This document shows positions 24,067 through 35,590 of a stretch of 64,000 nt of DNA, piece by piece. Position numbers and translations under genes: made by a program. The stretch's first letter is position 1, and every line of letters begins with the position of its first letter. The notes beneath the pieces are model-generated. The model ran no database searches. It was not told where the DNA came from and saw only the letters and a list, made by a program, of their open reading frames with translations. This DNA is from Blepharisma stoltei ATCC 30299 (lineage: Eukaryota; Protista; Ciliophora): NCBI GenBank assembly GCA_965603825.1, contig CBFDEM010000036.1:620001-684000 (forward strand), written 5' to 3'.

Positions 24067-25656
24067 TTAATCTTCTTGCTTTTTCGTGTTAAGCTTATCA
24101 AAATTGATTAAAGCTTTTATATGTTTTCCTGAAAATTTAATTTTTGCGTCAATTTTATTGTATCCTCTTGCGTCATGCAATTGCTCATATCTCAGCGAGG
24201 CTTTATAAGATCTAATAGAGTGAATATAGGCATTATAAATATGTCTTGGCCTGATTCTTTTAAATGCATCATAAATATATTCAATCAATGCCTCATCATT
24301 GCTCATAGGCATCCTTCTCAAATTTCATTTAAACATAGAAAAGATATATTCTATAGGATTCAGTTGCGGAGTCATTGGGGCATTGCAAAGTACTGTAATT
24401 CCTTGAGTTTCTATGTAATCCTTCACAAGTTTTGTTTTATGTGCTGATGCATTGTCCATAAATAAAAAGAATCTGTCTTTATAATTCACAGGATCAATTT
24501 CTTTTAGCTTTCCAAAAATTAATCCCAGAAAATGTTTATAGCCAAATTGATCAATTTTTTTGGGCCGAATTATATATCCAAGCAATCCGCACGACCTCAC
24601 TGCTGTAATAATTTGTAGTGGTTTTCCTTTAAATCCATTAATATTTAGAGCTTTTTGACCTTTTTTCGCCCACCCATAATGCGCTGTTTCTCCTCTATTT
24701 ACTTGACATTCATCAATGCTGACTAATTCTTTTCCACTCTGTTGAAGAAGGATTAATTGCTGAGCAACTCTGCATCTGGCATTTTTATGAGAAACTCTGT
24801 CAGCTTCTGGGACAAAAGTTCTAATTCTTTTAATAGAATAGCCCATTTCTTTTAAAGCTTGCCTTACGTGATCTGTTCCAATTCTTATTCCAAAATGATT
24901 GCACAATAGCAACTTCCTTTCTCTTCCTGATAAAACTGTGTTCCTTGGATCTTCAGATATTTCTTTGAGAAATTGTAAATGTTCAGGCTTTAACGCAGGA
25001 GTCAGTTTCCTTTTGACTTTTCTGACATATTTTTCTCCATAGATTTTGTAGTTTTTAAAAATGTCTTTGACTTTCTCATAGGAGACTCGGCCTTTCATTT
25101 CGTTAGTAGTCTCTTTGAGTGATAAGCCTCTTTTCAAATGATCAATAGTTTCAATAATAAGGTCTTCTTCCTTGGGCTTGATTTTTATAGTGTTAATCGT
25201 GTTTCATTGGTTTTGTTCAAGGTAAGTTTGGAACTCGTATTGATATGGTGAAATTTTTATTGCGTCTAACATTTGGCCGATTGTGACTTCTTTATCAAGT
25301 TTGTAATTCAAGAGGCTGTCGTTGAGGTCATACTCTGGGGCTTTTGAAGAAAATTCTGTTAACAGTTCATCAGCTTTGATAGCGAATTCTTCTGCTTCAC
25401 TTACTGGGAGAGGGTTTTCAACGGTATCAGACTCACCTGCAATGAAATCTAAGATATATTCATAGGGATATCCTTCTGGGTAACTTGTTTTATCTTCTTC
25501 AGAAGTGCTAATACGTATTTGGCGTCATTTAGAGACATGCAAAATTTGATCGCGAGTTCTTTCAATCCAGGGATCAATGAGATCTGTTGTTTCAATGTAG
25601 TTGGAAGCAACTTGAACTTCTTTGAAGGATTTTTTGCTCTTTCGTTTCTTAACCAT
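24067..25656 (-). CDS. IS630/Tc1/mariner-superfamily transposase (DD34E, DDE_3 type), intact 529 aa
   Basis: ATG at 25656 and one frame through three TGAs to TAA at 24067. HTH-like region, SIDE, FMDNASAH and PQLNPIE, with 34 residues between the second D and E. Confidence 0.9.
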
Positions 25657-25866
25657 TTTTATTATAATTATTTTGGCTGATTGAAATATGGGGGATCATT
25701 TAATTAATTTTAATTTTAAATTAAAAAGAAATAAATAAATTAGAATTAAAATTTTTTAAAAATATAATGCTTCTTATCATATTATAATTCTCCAATTTTT
25801 GCCATATAGAATTATATCTGGTACAAAAATAGTTAAATAGATGTAAATTATTTGTAAAAAATATTA

Positions 25867-26739
25867 ATGATTGTAAAATGCGAAGAAGGAGAAGACAATC
25901 AGAAATCTCATTTTGACTTAAAATATCTATATAACATATTCCCTAAGCATGGAGTATCAAAGTTCCAAATTTATAACATCGAAACAAAATCAAAAAAGCA
26001 GATCTTAATTGAAACTTTAACTCCAATGAGCCTAGTTCCATGCATAGTTCTTCTCCCACACTCTGAACTATTTTGCTTTGGGAAATATATAGAAAATAAA
26101 GAAATTGGCGCTTTTACCTATCCAAGAAGACAAACAGAGATAAATTCTTCTGGGATGATTTGCATAATTGATCTAAAAACTTATAAAATAAAAAGAAAAT
26201 TGCCAAACAACAGTATACACAACTCTAATATCGGTGCTATGTACCACAACAATTGTGTCTTTGCATTTGGAGGATATAATGGGAATGATTTTTTGGCTAA
26301 TGCAGAGAAATTTGATTTGCTTAAAAATAGATGAATTAAGCTTCCTCAAATTCCAGAAAAATCAACATTTTGTTCATGCATAGCTTTAAAAGATTCTGCT
26401 TTAATTTGTGGGAAAGAACATGAAAATCTATTTAAATACGATTTTTTTACTAATAGCTATTCAGAAATTCCTGGTATGAGGCTAAATCGATATGAAGCAA
26501 AGATGCTGGTTTCATCAGGATTAAGATTATACATAATTGAGTCAGTTGGAAGAATTTGACAAAGCGAAGAAGGGAATGAATACAGCTGAAATGTTGTTTG
26601 TCTAACAATTTTAAAATTGCATTTTAATTATTACTTTTACACATATTATGAAGGCTCGTTTTTTATTAGCACAAATTATCAAGATGATGCTATGTATTAC
26701 AAGTTTGATTTAAATGAAAAAAAGTTTGGATTACTATAA
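25867..26739 (+). CDS. Kelch-like beta-propeller protein
   Basis: VFAFGGYNG..AEKFDLLKNR-W(TGA)-IKLP. TAA at 26737-26739. Confidence 0.78.
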
Positions 26740-26871
26740 TAAAATAAATTCTATCGACTATTTAAATAACACCTAGGCCAAAATTTAATTAGCCAAACAT
26801 AATATCCCTAAAATTTTGCAACGATAGATATCCTATCATATTATATTTTCAATATTGTACAATAAAATAAA

Positions 26872-29800
26872 TTAATTAGCCAGTATATGTATTGAGAAGT
26901 TTATCCTCGTCATTGGATCGTTCAAGCTTTTCTTAATTAAGCTTCGGAAGTGTTTTTCTGCTTTGTCATCAGATATGTCTATCAGCGTCTTATTGAGATA
27001 CTCCAAATCTTTACGACTTAATTCTTGAATGCCAGAGCAAAGCATCAAGGAAAATAAACTGATCAACAAATTTCTGTTTCTTCGAAGAATATTATAAGCA
27101 TGCACGCATTTCTTTCTAAAACTTTCAAAGCCAGGACTTTTTTTCCCTCCCATGGCGTATCTCATATCTGGAGTAAATGCAAATGGAGCCGTTTCTCTTT
27201 TGATCCCTAGCTTTTTCTTAAAATGTCCAAGGAAATGCCCAAAATCAATATGAAAGAAATGCCCAGTATTTCTCACCATAATATTGTCATTATGCCTATC
27301 TGCAATTCCGAGCACATAAGTAGCAACACAATATCCAGCACAGCTTTTTATAAAATTTTCTTGAAAATTAGGGTAGTCATGGGTCTTTAGTCATTGGAAC
27401 AAAATTTTTTCATATAATGCACCAATGTTTCCTCCTCCCCATTTTTGGATTCCAGCTAATGTTTCTGAATTTCTGACAACTTCCATAATTCCTACATTAT
27501 TTCCTAGAGCCAATGTAGTATACAAGCTCATCCCTAAATCGAGCCCTTCCTTAAGTCATAAGTTTTCCATAACTCTGAGTACTTGCAGAGTCAGCATATC
27601 CTGCCTCATATCATCTCCAACCTTAAATAAAAGATGATATGTGTCATTCAATGGATCTGCATTTTCAAATACAATATAAAGTGGCTTTTTCTTGGATTTC
27701 ATGAATTTGCATTCTTCCCATTTTATTTTTTTCACAATTATTTTTGAGTTGTAGGGTATCGAGTAAAATTCTGGAAGTTCATGGTTTAGCATACTTAATT
27801 GGTCTTGCAGATAGACTAAGACTTCTTGTCTCTTGCACTGGCTCCCTTGGACATACCATGCGATTTGCTCAAGACTCTTGATTAGGTGATTTTCTCAAAT
27901 CAGCGAGTTTCTGTGACCTCCGCATTTTCTTAAATATTGCTCAAGCAGCAGCCCAAATCTTTCCTTATAATAAGGGTCGCTCATTTCACTTCTTAGAAGT
28001 CAGAAAAAGGTATGCCCAATGCTTTCTGGGCATTTAAGAGCTCTCGATAGCAGAAACCTAGACAGTGCTGAGTCGTGGAATGCTTCAAACTTCAAAGCTT
28101 GAACCAATTGGATCAAAATTTGATGCAGCTCACTATTAGTCAGCCTCTCCAAAGCATTCACAGCGAATTCCCTTAGCTTAGAATCTGCATATTTCCCATC
28201 CAGCAATTCCATTGCAATCACAGAATCAGGTTTTTCACATAGATCTAATATATGATAAACATCTCTGACTGCTTGAGAATCACATCACTTCACACTAAGC
28301 AGAAGTTTAGGAAGCGCATTTTTGTTCCTCGATAAATATGCTCGATATTTCCAGACAAGCTCTTTTTCAGCTTCACTCATTTTATAAAGTGGTGACTCTT
28401 GCAAGATCCTAAGTAGCTCACTTTCGTCTGAAGGGTGAATCCCCAATTGTTGATCAGCAAGAAAATCATCGAGACAGAAGACAGAATCTGAGTCTTCTCC
28501 GAATACCACAGGCACTATGAAATGGTCGAGTTCAATAAACAATTGAGACGCATCAGCGTCTTTATTTTGAATAGTTGAGCCAGTAGGATCTGCAACGCTG
28601 TAATAAGGAAATAGGCCAAGTCGATGGATCCCAGTCTGAAGCCCTCGGTCATATCCAAAAATTCTGAAATTCACTCAGCCTAGAATGCACTCTTTTGGCC
28701 CTTTCCCTTCTTTGAAAGTGACTCAGCACTTGACAACAAATTTTATACATGTCGCAAGAGGCAGCTGCGAATATGCAAGCGAAAAATAAGACCACTCTCC
28801 TCATCTGATGTTTTCGTTAAAATGATGATTAATGTCTTTACAAGATAGACCTATAGATGTAATTATCATTTCTGAATCCAGCGGGGAGCATCCTGTATAA
28901 AGAGAAGCCTCAACTCTGATGCAAGTTGGGTGAAGTCTGACAAGTGGCAGCTGACTATCTTCATCTAGGCTGTACATTTTCAAGTTCTGAATTCCAAGTA
29001 TTTTCACTCGAAACTTAGTTTGAAGATGTCTTACATCAATAATGTTAAGCGGCCCTAGTGCTCGATTTTGGGACGAACTAAGCGTTTGTAATATTGAAAA
29101 TCTCTTTTCTCTTCTGCTTATTCTTGCAACAGGAAGTGTTTGCGGTCTTTTTGCGCCTTTCTCCACAGAGTTTTTATTCCCCATGATTTGAAAAGTCAGG
29201 GCTCTTCTTTGGAACTGGCTCTTATCAAGAACTTGTTTGATTTCCTTTTCTGAAATTTCTTCTTTTTTCAGGTCATCCTCACAGTTAGTGGAGCTCGAAA
29301 AAGTTGGTGTTGGAGGAGACTCAACTGAAGTTTCATCTAAGCTCAGATCGTCTGGCTTGACTTTTAGCTCCAATTCTGGAATTGTGTTTTTTTGAGAAGC
29401 CTCCCTGATCCCATCAATATCATATAACCTCACATTTCTGTCATATATGTATTCATTCGTTCCTCTGAATTTCAAAATAAGCGAATTTATATCTATTGAG
29501 ACCTTTTGCAGCATAAAGTATTTTTGTTGAACTTCTTCCAAAAGGTTTTCCAGCTTCATGGTGTGATTAAGCTCTATTATTGTGTTAGATAAAGGATGAC
29601 CTGGGTAAGATATGCTTATCATCATTTTCTTGCTATATATTTTGGCATCGTAAGCAGTGTCTATAAACTGAGGATATTTGCCTAAAGCATTTTTTGAGCT
29701 GATTTCTTTGAATGCAGGATTTTCAGTATATTTTGCCCTGAATGCGCTAACTTCATCACTGTGGCTGCATCAATCAGAATTGTTTCCTATAAGAGGATCA

Positions 29801-30318
29801 TTGTACCCTGTAAGTAGCTCAGGGATTTTTAGGATTTTTGAGGGTGCTTCTGATTTTTTTTGCAAAATCAGCAAAGGATATTGTGAATAGCAATCTGGTT
29901 TAGTCCAGAATCCTATTTTGCATAAAGTATAAATTTGATAATACCCAGGCAGAGGCTCAGCTGTTTTTGTTGCTGCAAGTATCAATTCAAAATTGTCAGG
30001 TTTGGCATTAGGGTGCATGATTCTGACCTGGATTTTCCTTAAGGCAGTGGCAATTACAAATCTTACAGTACTTTTTTTCCCAATTCTAATAACAATTCTA
30101 TCACGGTTCATCAGCATTATACAAAGAAAGAGAGTTTTCTCCTCTTTCTTTTCTTGCTCATTGTAGTCAACTGGATTCGCTCACACAAATGATTTGCTCC
30201 GGGCTTTATGAGCTTTTATTTGAGTTTTATACTCTTTATTTGTGTGGATACTCGCCATTGGTTTGGCCCTTCTTCGTGTGTTGAACATCTCTTCATACTC
30301 ATTATTGTCAGCATTCAT
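26872..30318 (-). CDS. Class I-like phosphoinositide 3-kinase catalytic subunit (RBD-like, C2, helical, kinase)
   Basis: Six track ORFs lie in one frame joined by about ten TGA=W codons (1148 aa). MKSKKKP, KVGDDMRQDMLTLQ, DRHNDN and HIDFGHFLG. Confidence 0.93.
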
Positions 30319-31070
30319 ATTAATATGATTCTCAACATGAGTGAGCTAAAATTAAATTAATCAGCTCACTTATATAGCTTGCTACTGGGTTTTCTCATAT
30401 GAAAAAAAGCTAGTTACTTATAGTATTTTTTTCTGGAATTAATAGCCTATCTTAATATAAGAAACAGCAGAGGAGATTAATGCTCCTTCTACTTTTCTAT
30501 TAAGGTCTTTGCTTTAGATGAGAGCGTCCTAAAAGCCATAAACTTTTTTTGTTTTTTAAATATTTTAAATCTCCATGAATTAAATGAAAATATAAGAACA
30601 CTTAAAAAAATATTATCTCCAATATGATAATTTATATAAACTTTCACCTGTAATTTGCACACACTTTTGAATAGACTTTTAACTGAAGTTAAGATAATAT
30701 AAATAATATATAGATTATATTCTATACCTAACAGCTTTGCAAAGAGATTTTTTTGAATCTCATTTATATCTCTTTATTAACCAAAGTTGATTTTTTAGGC
30801 CTGGTATAAATCTATTATCTTAAATAAATTAGGAAACAATTAATTTTTAAGTATATATAAAAACTATGATGAAAAGAGCTAAGGCAAAAAACAATTTACT
30901 TGCGGACTAATATCATATCAATTAATAAATATTGACATAATTAACCTAAATTAAATTCAAATCAGCAAAGTAATATCAAATAAACATTTAAAACTCAAAT
31001 TAATATACAAAAGAGATTGAAACTGGATTTCATCTAAGTTAAATTACTCCTATTTTTAATTAAGCTGAAA

Positions 31071-32285
31071 ATGAGGAGTTCTTTAAAAGTACATGAGGAG
31101 CCAATAAACTCAACCTCATGGCAAATACCTCATGGCACACCATGGTAAATTCAATTCAGGGAAAACTTGTTGAGAGCTGGAACTGCACCCCAAGATGAAA
31201 CTCACGGTTTGAAGAAAAAATCAATTGCAAGCCACGCTGAAATTCAAGGAAGGAAATCAAAAAATACAAAACCAATTAGCCATAATAATAGGCCAGCAAG
31301 GCAGAGTTTTCCTGAATATTCATCAACGATGAATGGAAGACCAACCACATCGAGAAAAAAGAGGATTCCTTTAAAAAAAGGAGTTCCTCAGCCAAGCATC
31401 CCTACAGAGCCTTCCTTAGAATTCTATAAAAACCCTTCAGGGGCTAAAGTTATATCCCTTGATGATGATTCTCTAGAGGAGAACGAAGCACTAGAAATCA
31501 GGAAACGCCCACCCTGTCGCCAAAATGCAAATATTTGTGATTTGGAGGACAAAGTTTTCACAGTAAGTGCTATATAGAAGTTGAATGGACTTATGGAGCC
31601 TAAAAGCCGAGAAAGACAGCCTATAAAGATACTGCCAAGCAAATTGAGGCCACCTTCAAGACATAAAACTCCCCCTAAAGCAATTGGATTGGAGTATATC
31701 CCAAAAAAGCATCAGCTTGAATATCCAGAACTTGATAATATGTTCGATACTTTACTTCCTTCCCCTACTTCATCAGACCATCCTGAAGAAGATCCATTTT
31801 CCAGCACAATGCCTGTAAATTTAAATGATAGAAAGGAAACCCGCAAAGAAAGAACTCATTCCATGATTGATCCTGCAGAAATCAAAAACTTGGAGGCTGG
31901 AATTGCAAGAGAACAAAGATCTGCATCGACAAAGGGAAAGATTAAATCTCGAGAGGAAAAAGAGTCAAATTCGAATGCTCGAGCTTGGTCTGCCAAAAGG
32001 CAGCAAAAGTTTATCGATATACCATTGATAGTAAACAAAAGGCAAAAAAATCTTTATACTGCAACTCCAACTAGAAGGGGAAAGTCCAACACCACTGAAA
32101 TTGAAGATGAAAACTGTAGATTTTTTGAGAAAAGGAATATAAGGATCAATAAGATGAGCAAGCAAAAAACTATCAGGGCAAAGAGTTCTGTCAGCAAATC
32201 AAAAATCAGCCAGACTTTGCCATTTCTAAGTTCTCTTGAGCCAGAATTTTTGAATCTTTTTGCCAAGAGTGATATCAATTTTTAA
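31071..32285 (+). CDS. Uncharacterised basic, disordered protein
   Basis: Open after removal of 15-nt introns 31145-31159 and 31563-31577. Confidence 0.7.
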
Positions 32286-32448
32286 TTTAATTGTTTAGAA
32301 CTATTTTGGTTCACTAATAATGCCTTTATCTATTAAAGCACCCTTTACTTTCTCATATTAATAAATGTTCATTAAACATCTTGAATATAAGCTATATTTA
32401 AAAAAAGATAAATTCCATGCTTATGGCAATTATTATAGCTAGGCATTA

Positions 32449-33660
32449 ATGTCTTTAACGAATAGGCAAATTACCGGCAAACTATCAAGAAAATCAGATG
32501 AATTTTATTTGAAGTTTCAAATCGCAAAAGCTGAAGTCAACGAACTGAAAGAAAGTCTAAGATTTGTTGAATACAGATTGGCTAAAACAGAGTCAGAGAA
32601 TAAAACTATTAAAGATGCGATGGAGTCTCTATTAGAAGAAATCTCAGAAAAATCCTCAAAACTCGAACAAGAGCACGAGAAAACTTTAGCTTTAGAAAAA
32701 GAAATCAAAAATCTTGAGTGTGAGCTTGGAAAAGCTAGAGAAACCAAGCTCAACGAAAACAAAGAATGAAGCAAAAAGATTTTAAACCTAAATGTTGAAG
32801 AAAACAAGCTCTGCCAAGAAATATCGTCTCTCAAAGAGTGCTTAGAGATGGCAAATGAAGAAATCGCAGCTTTAAAAGACGCAAAAGAAAAAACAAAGGA
32901 AAAACTGAAATCAATTTTGAAAAGTCAGAGCGACCAAAGCTTTGTTGAGAAAGAAATCGAAGACACAGAAAGAGAGCCAGTTCAAACCTATGAGTATGTT
33001 AAGCAAATCCCAATTCTCCAACAAGAAATAAAAAGACTTTATAAGGACAATTGCAAGCTCTTTGAGATCATAAAGTCAGGCAAATCCTTAGCACATATAA
33101 ATAGTCTTGTGCAGGATTCTAACGGAATTACTTATCATCAAGACAAAGGAAACTGTGGGAAAAAAAGATGTGCAGCGAATAACTCAAACGAAGACTCAGA
33201 CTGAATCCCAATCTCTGTCTATAATGTGATGAAAGAGTTCAAAGACGGGAAAAATCTCACTGCCTCTGTCATAAGTCAGCTGCTCACGAAAGTTTGCCAT
33301 TTGTGGAGTGAAAGGGAATGCAACAGGATAAAAAGACTGAAGCAGAAGTATGAACACAAGTTAGAAGAAATGAAAGCCAAACTAATGGCTTCACAACCGC
33401 AATCTCCAGCCTCACATCGGTCTTCAGGACACAAGAGATCGTATTCGTATAAAGACAGCAACAGCGAAATTAGAATTGAGATACAAGAATTAATCAGAAA
33501 AGCATATGGGAACTTGAGCAACAATGTAATGCTGGCTATCAGACAAGCTTTTGGGTTAAGTCCATCTCTCAAGAATAAACAAAGAGAAGAAGAACTAAGC
33601 GATGTTGTTTTAAAGATGGTTGGAGACTACACAGAAGTCATTGTGTCGTATTTTTTTTAA
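32449..33660 (+). CDS. Coiled-coil protein
   Basis: Three track ORFs in one frame joined at TGAs 32767 and 33202; heptad-rich. Confidence 0.75.
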
Positions 33661-33721
33661 ATTAGCTTAATAATTCGGATTTTATTTCTGCTGATCAGAA
33701 AAAAGATACATCCACATTTAT

Positions 33722-34588
33722 ATGGTTCAGGGTAGGAGTGAAAACACTTGTCAGTATATTTTCAACCTTATGCAGAACTTTCCTAGACGGTGGGTTGTTT
33801 TTGATTTGAGGACTCCTGAAGAGTATTCGCATATGAGACTACTAAGGTCAATTAATGTTCCTTATTCTGACAATTATTCAGAGTCCCCCACAATAGATGA
33901 AGTTAGAGCTCATGCTAGAGGAAGTCGCGATTTATTTGATCACAGAAAGAGATTTCTAAATATTATTGTTTATTGTGCGGAAGGTGTAGCTTTTGCTAGA
34001 GAAATAGAGCATCTGCTGACTGCAGACAAATGCAAGGAAGTCCATTTACTTCAGAAAAACTTTAGTGATTTTGCTTTAAACTATTATTTTCTTTGCACTT
34101 ATGGAATTAATGATCCATATATTCCAAAATGAGGTTATCCAAGTGAAATTATTTCCCTTAAGCTATATATTGGAGATAGGCATCATGCGAAAGATCCTTT
34201 AATCATAGAGAACTTAAAAATAACGCACATTCTTGATGCTACAATATCCTCAGAAATGCCATTTGCTAGCAAAGGGGTGATTTATCTCAGACTTCAAGTG
34301 AAGGACTGCAATTATGAAGATATATCAAGGTATTTCAGCATTGCTTTTGATTTCATAAGTACAGCTTTAAGTAAATGCAGCAATAGAGTATTAGTACATT
34401 GTGCCCAAGGAATAAGCAGATCTTCAACACTTGTCATTATGTATCTAATGAAGTCTAGAAAGATAGGGTTCGAGGAAGCCTTCGAGATTGTAAAAACTCA
34501 AAGGGAGTCTGCCTCTCCGAATGAGGGGTTCATAAGCCAGCTAAAATCATTTGAAAAGAGCCTAATGAAAGAATATAAAGGCACTTAG
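33722..34588 (+). CDS. Rhodanese + dual-specificity phosphatase (MAPK phosphatase-like)
   Basis: DLRTPEEY...SINVP rhodanese motif; YPSEII..LYIGD, VHCAQGISRS and PNEGFISQL. TGA at 34130 reads as W. Confidence 0.9.
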
Positions 34589-34691
34589 AATGAGCTATAC
34601 TTAGCTAAGCTAAAGTGAAAATAGTCTCAAACTAGAACCCTATCAAGAATTAACCCAAATATATTTTGAATAGAAGTTTTAATATTTTAAG

Positions 34692-35567
34692 ATGGATAGT
34701 GTAGAAACTAGATTAGAAAGTTTGATACGGCCGATTCCTATCGAAAACTGAAGGAGGCTTGAAGATTACATCCAGCAAGCTCATCAACTAAAAGCAAGAG
34801 GAGACTCCATGTACAACCATGGTAAATATATAGAAGTAAGATCTAAATAGGCACACACAGCGTTTAAAATGTTCCTTAATTTAATGCGAGACATTAGAAG
34901 CCATAATTCCTGCAACAGTATAGGGTACAAAAAGCAGCTTTTTCAATTAAACCAGGATATTCCTTTGATTAGAAATTTAGTATCTGACTGCTCTAGATCA
35001 GTTATAAATGCTGACAAAAATGTTCCAAGCCTAATTAGCTCTGCAGAAATTCCTAAGAGAGTAATTATTCCTCAAGAAATCATTGACCACTTCATCGCTC
35101 TTTCCTTTTCAAATACCGAGCGCAATGTTGAAACTTTAGGCATACTTGCAGGTATCCCATCCAACACAGAATTAGCAATTAAAGCCTTAATTTTACCAAA
35201 TCAACGCGGTGCATCAGATACTTGTGAATGCTTAGACGATGAGACCCTATTTACTGCACTAGAGCAGCATAAGTGGCAAGTGTTAGGCTGGATCCACACG
35301 CATCCTCAGCATGATTTATTTTTGTCTTCAGTTGACATGCACACTCATTCAAGCTACCAATGACTTCTCCCAGAAGCGATTGCAATTGTTTATGCTCCGC
35401 TTCATCCACAACAAATTGGAGTTTTCAAGCTAACAGAGAGAGGAATGCAAGAAATCAGGGCATGCAGAGAGCGAGGCTTCCACCCACACTCTGAAGGACT
35501 GTTTGAGGAGAGCAGAAATGTGAGCATAGAAAGCGGAGTGAGGTTTGAAGTTGTAGATTTAAGATAA
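34692..35567 (+). CDS. AMSH/STAMBP-like JAMM deubiquitinase
   Basis: NTERNVETLGIL, GWIHTHP..FLSSVDMHTH, LPEAIAIV, GFHPH and C-terminal DLR. 15-nt intron at 34836-34850. Confidence 0.92.
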
Positions 35568-35590
35568 TTATGAATTATTAGAATTATTTA

